Part shown: piece by piece, positions 52,618-64,000 of the stretch
Numbering within the stretch: position 1 is the first letter of the stretch
How the letters are laid out: each line of letters starts with the position of its first letter
Source: an uncultured Verrucomicrobiae bacterium
Lineage (GTDB): Bacteria > Verrucomicrobiota > Verrucomicrobiia > Chthoniobacterales > JAFAMB01
Length of the DNA: 64,000 nucleotides
Assembly (NCBI GenBank): GCA_963813025.1
Contig: CAWEXO010000005.1
Coordinates: 192,001-256,000 of the forward strand
Direction of reading: 5' to 3'
Position numbers and translations under genes: made by a program
The notes under the pieces: model-generated
Seen by the model: only the letters and a program-made list of their open reading frames with translations
Databases searched by the model: none
Told to the model about the DNA's origin: nothing

Positions 52618-53747
52618 CTAGTGCCTAATTGCGTAAGTTAGTTATATGTATGGCGACTTTCCCCTGATGTACCTGGGATTTGGTCCATTCGAAGGGAGCC
52701 GCATTGTTATTGTAGTTCTTGATGAAGGTGTCGATGGCGTTGCGCAGCTCTGCCACGCTGGTGAAGTTTGCCCCCTGGAGGGCTTGGCGGCTCAAGATAC
52801 TAAACCAGATCTCAATCTGGTTGAGCCAAGAAGCGTGGGTTGGAGTGAAATGAAAATGCACATTGGGGTGAGCCTTCAACCAGCGATCTTGCTTTGGCTT
52901 ATGGGTCGCAAGGTTGTCTAAGACCACATGAATTTCTTTGTCGAGATTTCCGGCAACTACCTGGTTCATAAACTCCAGGAATTCCCGTCGGCGCTGGCGC
53001 CGGTAATGACCAGCCTGCACTTGGCCGCTGGCAATGTTGAGGGCGGCAAAGAGAGTGGAGGTGCCATGGCGCTTGTACTCGTGGCTAAAACCCGTCAGCG
53101 CCCTGCCATTGGGCAAGCGAATCCAACCTTGGGCTCTTTCCAGGGCTTGAATGGCTGGTTTTTCATCAATGGCCAAGATGAGCGCATTCTGGGGCGGATT
53201 GAGATAAAGACCGACAATGTCAGCGGCCTTGCGCACAAACTCCGGATCGGTGGAAATGCACCAGCTGCGGCGCCGTTCCAATTCAATGCCTTGTTGGCGC
53301 AAAATGCGCCAGACTTGATCGGAGGAAACATCGGCCAGACTCTGCGCCAGCAGTCGCCCATTCCAGCGCCCGTAGCCCGCCGGTGGATCTTCATCCAGCA
53401 GCGCCAAGACCCGCTTGACCGTCATTTGATCATACTTGGCCGGCTTTCCACTGCGTGGCGCGTCTTCCAAGCCAGCCAGGCCTTGGCGCACAAAGCGCCG
53501 CCGCCATTTACTCACCGTCACCTCGGGAATGCGCAGGCTCTTGGCAATCGCACGTCCACTCAAGCCCGCTGCCGCCTTCAAGATAATCTGACTCCTGACC
53601 TTGAGCCGGTGTTCGACCCGTTGCGCTCGACTCCAACCCTCCAAGAGCTTGCGGTTTTCCACAGAAAGTTTGATGCGACCCGTTGCCATCCATCCAACAA
53701 ATCATAATTTTTCATAAATATAAAGAACTAAAGCAACTAAGTACTAG
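52618..53747 (-). mobile_element. IS630 family element, copy B; transposase 52625-53689
   Basis: Same 1130-bp length, same ends and identical protein as 34062-35191. Confidence 0.95.
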
Positions 53748-53819
53748 GCAGATTCGTGTAATTTTATACGCTAAGGAACCGTCTTTCCGTGCTTCGGCGT
53801 TGGCGGTATCACATCGATA

Positions 53820-55585
53820 ATGTTTTCCCGCGACCAGCTCAGGCGCGCCGCCAGCCTGACAGAGGAAGATTTCGTGCAGCTCGGCAAGTGTCGGCGCCTC
53901 CATAACCGGCTTGGCTTTGCCCACCAGGTCGCCTTCGTCCGGCTCTTCGATCGATTCCCGCAGCAGCAGCCCTTCGAGCTCTTCGAGGAACTGGTTTACT
54001 TCAGCGCGGCGCAGTTGGGGCTTGATGCAGGGCTGATTGAACTCTACCGCAAACGGCAGCCGACGATCTCCGAGCATCAACAGACCATCACCGATTATCT
54101 GAGGCTGCGCCCCTTCGATGACGCCGAGGTGACACAGCTGGAAGAATTCCTGTTCGAGGAGGCCTGTCGTCTGGAACAGACCGCCGCCCTTACGGCCGGG
54201 CAGTTTCTTAAAGAGCAGCGCGTGCTCGAGCCCGCCGAGTTCCGGATCGCCCGCATCGTCGGCGAGCAGCGGGCGCGGGCACGCGAGGACATCTTTAGGC
54301 GGGTCGCTGCGTCCGTCCCGAACGGCTTGACCGGTACGCTCGAGGACCTGCTCTTGGTCAAGCCGGACGAAACCAGCTCCGGGTTGCAGGCGATCAAAGC
54401 CAATCCGAGCAAGCCATCCGTGGATGCGATGCTCACTTTACTCGACAAACTGAGGGTCATCGAAGCTACAGGCGTGCTTGGGGTCAATCTCTTGTGGCTC
54501 AACGGCAATTACCAACGGGCGCTGTTCCACCAGGTGAGAAAGTCCTCGGTGACTCGGTTGCGCGAGCTCGCCGAGCCACGCCGCCGCGCGGCGTTGGTCT
54601 GCTTTCTGTGGCAGAGCTACCGCGACGCCGTCGATCAGGTGGTCGATATGTTCGACAAGCTACTGACCCGCGCGTCCACCCAGGCCCAAAACGAGCTCGA
54701 CGAACAACTCCGCCGCCAGCGGCAAACCATCCAGGGCTCGTTGACGACTTTGAGGTCACTCGGCAGAATCATCCTTGACGACGCCATCTCTGATGAGGAG
54801 CTGCGCGCCCAGCTCTTTGCCGCGGTTTCGCGCGAGGAGTTGGTGGCCTGCATGGACAAAATCGGCGAGTGGGTAAGCGGCAAGCGTAGCGACCTTTTCC
54901 ACGGCATCGTCGGGCGCCATGGGATGCTGCGCAAGTTCTCGCCGGCATTGCTCGACGCCTGGAGTTCACCCAGGATATCGAGGGCGAACAGAGCGCGTGC
55001 CTGCGTGCGTTGCAGATGCTCAAGGAATTGAACGCGACCGGCCGGCGCAAGCTACCGGAAGATGCGCCGACCGACTTCCTACCTCAACGCCTTACGCCCA
55101 TCGTCATAAACCACGGCGAGATTGACCGGCGGGCCTGGGAATGCGCCCTGCTGCTCAAGCTGCGCGACGAGCTCAAGGCCGGCAATCTCTCGGTCCACTT
55201 CAGCAAACGGTTCGCGCGGCTGGAGGAGTTCTTCATCGACGACGGCCGTTGGCAAAGCATACGTAAGGACTTTTTTCGCCGTTCTGGTCTGCCCTCCGAT
55301 ACCAAGCAGGTACCGGAATATCTCGCGCGCCGTCTCGGCGAAGCCTATGAGCGCTTTCTCAGGACGGCGCCGGGCAACAGCTACGCCATGGTTGACAAAG
55401 ATGGCTGGCGCCTGTCCGCCGAGCCCACCGAGAAACTGGACCAGGAGGGACAAGACCGCCTGGCTCACCTCAAATCCTGGCTAGCGAAGCACATGCGTCG
55501 CGTGAAACTGCCCGACCTCCTGATCGAAGTCGACAATCAGCTTGGCTTTACCCGCAATTTCCTCACGCCTGCACAGCGCGAGGCG
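53820..55585 (+). pseudogene. Tn3-family transposase (DUF4158-type N-terminus), frameshifted and truncated
   Basis: HNRLGFAHQV...; RRAWECALLLKLRDELKAGNL; RVKLPDLLIEVDNQLGFT; DDE domain absent. Confidence 0.85.
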
Positions 55586-55589
55586 GCGC

Positions 55590-55926
55590 GCTGCTCGGCC
55601 CGTTCCAGGTCGAGGTCGCATCGAGAATCGTTCCCTGAACAGAATAGTCGGGATTGAACGAACAGGGCGAAGCTTTCGAACCCTTCGGCAAGATTGAAGC
55701 GATGGGGCGTGCCGCTCGGCTGCAACGTGAACCGCACGGCGGCCTGGATCGCGCCGAGATTCTGCAGCGTGGCCGAAGGGGGAATGCTGATCCGGCTTCC
55801 CGGCTGATTGAACAGGAAGCCCGGGTACTCCGGCGTGACCTGGGTCGGGATTCCGTTATTGGAGTAAGCAGACGTATCGACCGCGACATTCTTGAGATAG
55901 GTCTGGTTGACGATCGTGCGCCACAT
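55590..55926 (-). pseudogene. Fragment of a beta-rich (LamG/concanavalin-like) protein
   Basis: MWRTIVNQTY..AVDTSAYSNNG...; frameshift near 55660 and truncation at the Tn3 junction. Confidence 0.35.
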
Positions 55927-56034
55927 CGATTTCGCCCGCTTGCCGATAGGTTGATTTGGGTGGGGCTCCACCTTTCCGGCCGTCGTTTGCAGCCGGCGCC
56001 ACGCAACTGACGCGCAGACAACGTGTTTTGTCAA

Positions 56035-56584
56035 GCAGCGACGTTGTCTCGGATGGCGAGGATGGCATGAGGTCGATAGCGGGCAAGTGGTTCAATGCGA
56101 ACGAGCAGCACATACTGGATTGGTATCACATTGCCCGGCCTTTGAGACTATCGGAAAAGGCCTTATCTATCTTCCTCACGTCGAGGATTTCGAATACCGG
56201 CTCTCAAGACACTGGCAGCACTTGAATCGCGCAATGTGGAAAGTCTGGCATGGCAATTTGTACGGAGCCAGCATCGCTCTTAATTGTTTTTACGACGGAG
56301 TCGATATTCACATAATGATTTCCGAGGAGGATTCCAGCTGGTCGACAAGGCTGGAACAGGTTCGCGAGCAGCTGGCCGAGTTGTGGTCGTACCTGATCGC
56401 AAACCAAACTCGACTGATCAACTACGGCAGGGAATATCGCAAAGGCCATCGCATATCGACAGCGCGAGTGGAGTCGACTGTGGACCAACTGGTAGACTGG
56501 CGGATGGAGAAGAAACAGCATATGCGCTGGACCAAAACCGGTGCGCAGATGTTGCTCCATGCGCGCTGTGCGCTGATCAAATAA
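56035..56584 (+). pseudogene. ISKra4-family transposase C-terminal fragment
   Basis: VVSDGEDG...HILDWYHI; INYGREYRKGHRISTARVESTVDQLVDWRMEKKQHMRW. Confidence 0.8.
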
Positions 56585-56598
56585 AGAAGGAATGAACA

Positions 56599-57560
56599 AT
56601 GGATCTGGTTCCGTTTAAAAAACACAGCCTCACGCGCGCGCAATTCGAGCAGCTCGCCGATATTCCACTCGAAGAGGAATGGCTGGCGAACATCACGAAC
56701 CTGAAAACTCGCCGGGCTTATAAGGAAGATGTGCGGGAGTTTATCGCGTTTACAGCTTTGCAGGATTATATGGGACTACGTTCCGTAGCGCGGTCGCATA
56801 TCATTGCCTGGCGCAAGGACATGGAAAGACGCGGTCTGGCGCCGGCCACTGTTCGGCGCAAGCTCTCGGCGCTGTCCTCGCTCTTTGATTACCTCTGCGA
56901 ACGCAACGCTGTCACCGGTAATCCGGTGGACGGAGTGAAACGGCCAATGGCCAACGGGAACGAAGGCAGCACGCCAGCGCTCGGCGACGCGCAGGCCCGC
57001 AAACTGTTGGAAGCCCCGCCCGCGGACACGCTCAAGGGCGTCCGGGATCGGGCCATCCTGGCTACCTTGCTGTATCATGGTATCCGGCGTGAAGAGCTCT
57101 GCGGCTTGAGAGTAAAAGACCTGCACAGCCGACAGGGCGTCATGCATTTTCGCGTCAAAGGCAAGCGGTCCAAAATCCGCTTCATCCGGTTAATCCGGCC
57201 GCGCAGCGGATGATCGAGGATTACCTGGCACTAACAGGACATCGGAGCGATGTCGAAGGGGCTCTTTTCCGGCCGGTGAAGAACAATCGGACCGGTCGCC
57301 TTGATCGGCACTTGGATCCGGCCTCGGTCTATCAAAATATCGTTCGCAAATACGGCCTGGAAACCGGCCTCAGCGCCGAGGTTATGGGCCTTTGTGTGCA
57401 TTCGCTGCGTGCCACGGCGGCAACAAACGCTCTATCGCATGATTCCGATATAGCCAAGGTACAGGAGTGGCTGGGGCACGCTAACGTATCCACCACACGC
57501 CTGTATGACCGGCGCAAGAGCAAGCCCGAAGACAGTCCGACTTTTCGGGTGAAATATTAA
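56599..57560 (+). pseudogene. XerC/D-like tyrosine recombinase, one frameshift near 57190
   Basis: [58 protein letters not shown]. Confidence 0.88.
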
Positions 57561-57691
57561 TTAACGGAGACTACTCGCCGGAATTCCGTATCGAGGCTCG
57601 AAAGCGATTCAGAGCAACCGTTCGTGCAGATTCAGATATCGACGCTAGCTGGCTCATTTCGGTAAGAAGCTTTCCGCTCCTCGAAAGGTAC

Positions 57692-57738
57692 GTCAAATAT
57701 CGTGCAAAATTTCACGCTAAATATTGTGCAAATTGACA
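57692..57738 (-). mobile_element. Orphan transposon/IS end (IS21- or Tn-like)
   Basis: Two direct repeats AAATAT(C/T)GTGCAAA ending ...TTGACA (reverse TGTCAA). Confidence 0.5.
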
Positions 57739-57806
57739 CTACTTTTTTGTGTAAATTTCCAAGATAAAGTGCGGGCGCTCTTGCATTACAAGAAGCGATT
57801 GAAGAG

Positions 57807-58196
57807 TTATCTTTTCACACCCCTGGCGGTACGCGTATGTTTTCCCGCCTTCACAGCGCGCGGTTTCTGTTCTGATTGGAGCTTGTGAGCCTTGACTATG
57901 GCCGCAATCAATCCTGGAAAGCGCTTGTCGACTTCTGCGCAGCGAGATGTGTTGTGCATCTCAACCCCTCGACGTTCGCCCCGAATCAAACCCGCCTCTC
58001 GGAGGGCTTTGAAATGCAGAGAGAGAGTTGATTTCGGGATGGTTTTCTCGCTGACTTGCAGAAAGTTCGAGCAATTGTGCGAACAGTCCGAGCCTGCTAT
58101 TTGGGCGAAGATAGCCACACGCACGGGGTCGGACAGCGCGTGGAGGATGGCTTCGACCCTAACGTCTTCGACCGATGGGTGATAAAGAGGCCTCAT
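57807..58196 (-). CDS. ArsR/SmtB family transcriptional regulator
   Basis: ILHALSDPVRVAI, PKSTLSLHFKALREAGLI; divergent from SDR. Confidence 0.88.
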   Translation of the reverse strand: MRPLYHPSVEDVRVEAILHALSDPVRVAIFAQIAGSDCSHNCSNFLQVSEKTIPKSTLSLHFKALREAGLIRGERRGVEMHNTSRCAEVDKRFPGLIAAIVKAHKLQSEQKPRAVKAGKHTRTARGVKR

Positions 58197-58216
58197 ACAT
58201 TTCATTATACGCGCAC

Positions 58217-58258
58217 TTGACATATTGTTCAATAGTTCATATGTTCCGAACTATGGAA
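58217..58258. promoter_or_regulatory. Divergent promoter/operator
   Basis: TTGACA at 58217; inverted repeat TTCAATAGTTC-N9-GAACTATGGAA (10/11). Confidence 0.6.
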
Positions 58259-58325
58259 TTGATTTGCCTCCGTGCATCACGTGCGGTTCACCATTTTCAT
58301 TCCAAACCGAAAAGAACGATAACAC

Positions 58326-59072
58326 ATGAACAAACTCACAGGTAAAGTCGCAGTTGTCACAGGCGCATCGAAAGGCATCGGAGCAGCCATCGCCAAGTCA
58401 CTCGCCGCAGAAGGAGCATCCGTAGTAGTGAACTATGCTTCCAGCAAGGCTGGAGCGGAGGCTGTTGTCGCCGACATCACCGCAGCCGGTGGCAAGGCTG
58501 TTGCCGTGGGGGGCGACGTCTCCAAGGCTGCTGAGGCTCAAGGCATCATCGACGCCGCAATCAAAAAGTATGGCCGCCTCGACATCCTCGTTAACAACTC
58601 CGGCGTGTATGAGTTCGCCCCCATCGAGGCCATCACCGAAGAACAATTCCACAAGATGTTTAATGTTAACGTGCTCGGTCTTCTGCTCACCACGCAGGCA
58701 GCCGTCAAACACCTCGACGAAGGCGCCAGCATCATCAACGTCGGTTCTGTGGCCAGCCGCCTCACGCCTCCAAGCAGCTCGGTTTACACGGGCACCAAGG
58801 GTGCGGTCGACGCTATCACCGGCGTGCTCTCCCGCGAGCTCGGCCCAAAGAAGATCCGTGTCAACGCACTGAATCCCGGCATGGTGGAGACCGAAGGCAC
58901 GCACAGCGCTGGCGTTATCGGCTCTGACTTCGAGACGGGAACGGTCGCCCAGACCCCGCTCGGACGCGTCGGTCAGCCCGGTGATATTGCCTCTATCGCG
59001 GTCTTCCTGGCCTCGGAGGATTCTGCCTGGCTCACCGGCGAGCTGATCCTAGCTGGCGGCGGCCTCCGCTAA
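58326..59072 (+). CDS. SDR family oxidoreductase
   Basis: VTGASKGIG, LVNNSG, YTGTK. Confidence 0.92.
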   Translation: MNKLTGKVAVVTGASKGIGAAIAKSLAAEGASVVVNYASSKAGAEAVVADITAAGGKAVAVGGDVSKAAEAQGIIDAAIKKYGRLDILVNNSGVYEFAPIEAITEEQFHKMFNVNVLGLLLTTQAAVKHLDEGASIINVGSVASRLTPPSSSVYTGTKGAVDAITGVLSRELGPKKIRVNALNPGMVETEGTHSAGVIGSDFETGTVAQTPLGRVGQPGDIASIAVFLASEDSAWLTGELILAGGGLR

Positions 59073-59289
59073 TCCTACCCGCAGTGAACCCTTTCAACGC
59101 AGATCTGGCCAAAAGAGCCAGATGTGAGTGATGGGAGCCGGCGATTGCTCCGCCCAGGACCAAACGCTTCGGACCCCTGAAATAAATGTCATTCTTCATT
59201 CTTGAGACCGTCACGTACTCACGAGACCGCTCTTACCCTCGAAATCTTTGTCAAACTATTGTGATGCACTGTCTGGCATAAAGGAAAAT

Positions 59290-60283
59290 TCAGTTGCTGG
59301 TCGTGATCACCGCACGAAAGCGCACTTTGCCCTCGGCGACGCGCTCGTAAGCTTTGGTGATCTCGTCGAGCGAGTAGGTCTCGGTCATTACTTTGACTTT
59401 TCCCGATGCGGCGATTTGTAGCGCTTCGTACAAGTATTCGCGATCGTTCTGCTGGCTGCCAAGGATGCGAATACGGCGCATGATCAAATCGCCGGGATGC
59501 ACGGCAAGCGGTTTGTTTTCGAACCCCATTAAGACTAGGCGACCATCGGGGCGCAGGCCCGCGATGCTGTCGGCCATCGCATCAACGGAATTGCTCGTGC
59601 CGAGGATCACGTCCGCGCCGCCGACTGCGGCCAAACCTTGTGCCGTCACGCACAACCTCGTCGGCGCCAAGTTCGCGAACGAGTTTATCTTTGTCGGTCG
59701 AGTGCGAGATGGCGATCGTCGTGAAACCAGCGGCCTTCGCATATTGCACGGCAAGATGTCCGAGACCGCCAATGCCGACGATGGCGAGGCGTTCGCCCGG
59801 CTGCGGCTCAGCCCAGCGCAATCCGGACCAGACGGTGTAGCCGGCGCAGAAAAGCGGCGCGGCTTGTTCGTAGTCTAATCCGGCGGGCAATAGCATCGTC
59901 GCATCGGCGTAGGCCACCATGTATTCGGCGTGTCCGCCACTGATCTGTACGCCCGTGCCGATGCCTTGTTCGCAAAACATCGGCTTGCTGCGAGCGCACC
60001 ATTCGCAGCGTCCGCAGGTGTGTTGCACCCAAGGCACGCCGACGCGATCGCCCGTCTTGCGCGTCGTAACACCGGTTCCAACCGCAACGATTTCGCCAAC
60101 CGGTTCGTGGCCGAGTGTGCGCGGGAAGTCGCCGGGCAAGTCGCCGCGAGTCTGATGCACGTCCGTGTAACACATCCCGCTGGCGCGGATTTTGATGAGC
60201 ACCTGGTTTTCACCGGGCTCCGGAATGTTGATTTCCTTTACTTCCCACTTGCTGTTCGCGGAAGGGACAATGGCTGCTTTCAT
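59290..60283 (-). pseudogene. Zn-dependent alcohol dehydrogenase, single frameshift near 59642
   Basis: GMCYTD, GHE, CGRCEWC..C, GIGGLG; C-terminus in another frame (GKVRFRAV). Confidence 0.88.
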
Positions 60284-61471
60284 GTTTTTCCTTTAGTTTG
60301 CTCCAATCTTAGCCTTGCTCTGAACCTGCGCTGATCAAAAAGCACAGAAAATCTGGCCTGCGGTCGTCGCCCTCCCGCTCGACTTGGCTCGTACATTTTC
60401 GACCCTTCGACTTTCTGGGCTAGACTATTCCAATGAAAGCTTCCGTCTCGCGTCGGGGCGCCCCTTGCTAGTCGATCTCGGTACGCAGTTTTTCTACTTC
60501 AACATCTCCTTCACCTTCACTGCAACGGCAACGCTGAGCTTTGTTTGCATTTGGGCTTGCCGCTTTCGCGCCTAAAATGCCACGCGATTGCCACAAACCG
60601 GATATACAAACCAGATAGGCTTTTTCGCTGCTCCCAAAATCAGACCTCCTAACTGCGACGGAGAAGCGGTATCTAAACGTGCGTAAATTTCCTTTCTTGA
60701 GTTCCCCCCCGATCACATCATCCTAACGGCCTCTACATAAGTGGGCCGCTGACAAAGAAGTTCCGTGGCTGATCCCCCACTCTCCCCTCTTCCACCCTAC
60801 TCGAACTCGCCAGCTGTTCCATCAATCACCGTCCTCAGGCTCGGGTTCCCGCATCTAACCGAGCCACCTGCTTGACAACAAATTTGAAATCATGCAGTTA
60901 CTGCCTGCGGCCAACCACGAGACCATTCATGAATAATCAAGAGCCCGAGCTAAACCCAAAGCCGGACGAGACTGATTCTGCGAAAGCAAATGAATCTGTC
61001 CAGAGAGAGCGATCAGAGCTTCCGGTGGATCAGCATTCTTCATATCTCAGAAGTCGCCAAATTGCGTTGAAAAAGTTCAGCCCTCAAGGTGGGGACCCTA
61101 GCTGAGGCCTTGTGGAAACCGGAGCTTTAAGGGACCTCAACAGATTGGCGCCAGCCAACTGAGGTGCTCTCCAGGAACCGCCCGGTAATAGGCGGATCGG
61201 GACCGTAAAAAACTCGAAGAATTTTTTGGCGGGTTCTTGGCCGGCGCCCGTAATGGTGGTTGAAGTTTCGAAAGAAACTATAAACGACGGCAAGTTGGGA
61301 ATCCGACATTGGACGCAAGAGGCTACGCTAAAGCGTCCCTTTTTGGTCAGTCATACAAGGGGTTATGCAGGGCTAAAATCAGAAGAGGATAAATTTGTTT
61401 TCTGATTTGGGAAGGCGAATGCTCAAGCTTGAGATGCGTTTCCGTTTTTACGTTCTCAGGTCGCTACCTAC

Positions 61472-63885
61472 CTATTCCAAATCGTCGAGCTCCAGCAAAA
61501 GTTCACGATTAATCGCGCCTGAAGCAACTTCCACAACCGAGCCACCACGGACTTCAATTCGCCGCGTCTCCTGGCGAGGGAAAAGCAATGAGACCTGGCC
61601 GGCTTTTGGATGGTCCTCGCCTTCGCGCTCTATCTTCACGAACAAGTCAGAGCGGGAAGTCGTAATCTGTAGCCGCCATGTCCAATAATGGCCCTGCCGA
61701 TAGCCTTCGCTCTCACCGTCATCCTCAAAACACCTGTATTCGAATTGCCCGTCACCTCTGTGAGGGAATATACAGAATCCACGTTGATCGGACCGCTTCA
61801 GAAAATGTTGTTCCGCGACATTCAGCGGAATGGCACATCCTTCTCTGCCCAAGAGCGGCGGACGATCCCACGGCGCAGGCAACACAATCTTCTGGCCGCC
61901 ATGGTAGTAGTCGCCGCTCCAGAAATCGTACCATCCACAACCTGCGGGCAAATAAACTGATCGCGCACGCTTTTCCGGCTCCACGACCGGTGCGACCAGC
62001 AAGTTTTCTCCGAGCAACATATCGTCGTTTTCGGCATAGCAATATTCGTCTTCCGGAAATTCGTAGAAGGTTGGCCGGATGATCGGCGTGTAGTCGCGAT
62101 GCGAGCGCCACAAAAGATCATAGAGATAAGGTACGAGCCGATACCGGAACCTGATCAGATCACGTATGTATGGGGTTATCTCCGGGTACATCCATGGTTC
62201 GTTGACCGAATTATCATCGTTCCATGAGTGGATGCTAAAGCGCGGCATAAAGATCCCGAACTGTACCCAGCGTAACAAGAGTTCGGCATTCGGAGCAGGT
62301 CCCGAAAACCCACCGACATCATGGCCCACGTTCGATATTCCGGAGAGTGCTAAACCAATGCCCATCTTGATGTTGTACCGCAGCGTCTCCCATGAAGTAT
62401 AGTTGTCTCCAGACCAAGTTTGTACATATCGGTGCATACCGACCGTACCTGATCGAGTGATTAGAAAGGGTCGTCTTTCGGGTGCGAATTCGCGTTGGGC
62501 CTCCCACGAAGATCGCATCATCAACAGAGTTTGCAGCGGCTTGGTTTCAACGGCCCGCCTGGTTTCACCGAAACCGTGGATCAGAGCTTTGGTGCTCCAT
62601 ATCTCAAACTCATTGTTGTCGTTCCAGGTTGCAGCCACACCCTGTTTCAATAAAGACTCAGACACACCTGCTTTCCACCACTCCACCGTACTCGGATTGG
62701 TGAAATCGAGATAGGCACCCACCTCATCCCAGAACTGAACCATGGTCGGCTTGCCATCCTCATCTCGGACTAAAAGTCCTTTCGCCGCTGCCTCATCAAA
62801 CCGAGGGTGATCGCGCAATAAGCAGGGTTTGATATTCGCGCATAATCGGACACCGGCATCAAAAAACCGTTTGACGAAGCCTGGCGGGTCAGGGAATTTC
62901 GCCCGATTCCAGTTAAACACATAACGCTTCTCGCCAATTGACGTATACCCCGAAGAGAGATGGAATGAGTCGCAGAGAATATCGTGCTTTTCGCATCCCA
63001 AAAGAAACTCATTCATCCGCTCCTGGGCATTCGGAGAATCGGTATAGGTCATCGTTGATCCGGAATAGCCCAAGCTCCATTTCGGGGTAAACGTGGGGCG
63101 CCCAGTCAACCATGTGTAGCGTCGCACTGTGTCAGCCAAGGTGGTTCCCGCAATGACATAGTAGTCCAAATCTCCATAATCAGCTACGAAATAGCGGTAC
63201 AGTCCGTGGTAGTTGTCGAGTTCGCGCCCCATGTCGAACGTGCAATCAGCGACTGTGTCGTAGAATATACCGAATGGCATTTTGCTCTGCTTCTTCCACG
63301 TCAAATAAAAAGGAATATGCTTGTAGAGCGGATCCGTGGTTCTGGCGTTATAACCCATCGCATCGATGTTAGTCATGCGATAGCTTTGCCCGATCCGATT
63401 CGTATCTCCGGCCCGCTCGCCGAGTCCGAAGTACATTTCATCCGCTTCGCGTTTTAAATAGTGGTAAACACGTTCATCCCACCAACCAAAATTATAGCTT
63501 TGCGTGGACCGATCCGACGCGGCAAGTTGCCATCGCCCATTGTGCATCACTTCCCACTGGCAGAAAAAGCCTTGTAACTTAACGATTAGCCGCACACGGG
63601 CAGTTGTGATACGCAGTTGATGTGCTTCCTGTAGAAGCTCCACAACAGGTGACGTGAAACCTTCGAGGTTAAAGCGATCGCGCCCTTCCAGTGGAACATC
63701 TTCCAGACCAGGTGCGATGGCCCATGTACGCGGGAAGCGAAGCTTCCCCCCGGCAGCACCATCACGCGCACGATGTCTTCTTCCAGGACGAAAATATGAA
63801 CGATATACCCTTCTACGCTTTGCAGGGTTACGCGAGGGCCGTCCTGGGAAGTAAGAGAGAAAGTGGGGATAGAATCTATCGACAT
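61472..63885 (-). pseudogene. Glycoside hydrolase family 31 alpha-glucosidase; frameshift near 63750
   Basis: DPLYKHIPF, WNDNNE, WSGDN, GHDVGGF, RFSIHSW; true N-terminus MSIDSIPTF...VLEEDIVRVMVLP in another frame. Confidence 0.88.
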
Positions 63886-63920
63886 AAAATTTGGTTTGTT
63901 GCATTACATTAATCGACTTC

Positions 63921-64000
63921 TTAGGCAGGGGTATGGCCTCTCCGAACTCCCACCAGCACGATCACGACGATCGCGCCGACAATGTCAAACAGCGCCAGGG
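63921..64000 (-). CDS. C-terminus of a membrane protein, probably MFS sugar transporter (partial)
   Basis: LALFDIVGAIVVIVLVGVRRGHTPA* directly upstream of GH31. Confidence 0.5.
   Translation of the reverse strand, partial: LALFDIVGAIVVIVLVGVRRGHTPA

Noticed and set aside
60872..61105. Small ORF after TTGACA
   Set aside because: No recognisable domain; coding status cannot be supported from sequence alone

Overview
Bacterial window of about 56-58% GC by eye. Gene content and repeat style suggest a soil Verrucomicrobiota-like organism, but this is inference and is not verified. Positions 1-2754 are an intact core-like operon tail (FAD-dependent halogenase-like oxidoreductase, lipoprotein, LpxL-type acyltransferase, LolA), followed by tRNA-Gln(CTG) at 2955-3028. 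Everything downstream is a heavily decayed accessory island. Intact cargo includes a sugar ABC transporter with a double-HTH LacI regulator, a Gfo/Idh/MocA oxidoreductase, an FMO, a SWIM+SNF2 pair, an FGGY kinase, SDRs and a FitAB/VapBC toxin-antitoxin pair. It is mixed with dozens of pseudogenes and mobile elements: IS256 nested in an IS5/ISNCY-type element, two apparently identical IS630 copies, a second IS630, Tn3, ISKra4, two different Tn7/Tn5053-like ends with tniB/tniQ, and two tyrosine recombinase relics. The most unusual signal is four co-oriented pieces of a HUH (Y1/RAYT-like) transposase with a C-terminal HTH, bounded by 22-bp terminal inverted repeats (GGGTCAAATCTCAATWTTCAAC). Two pieces share the same internal deletion, and two complementary halves enclose about 8 kb of cargo. 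No CRISPR array or rRNA was found. Family names come from motif recognition; no database search was run.
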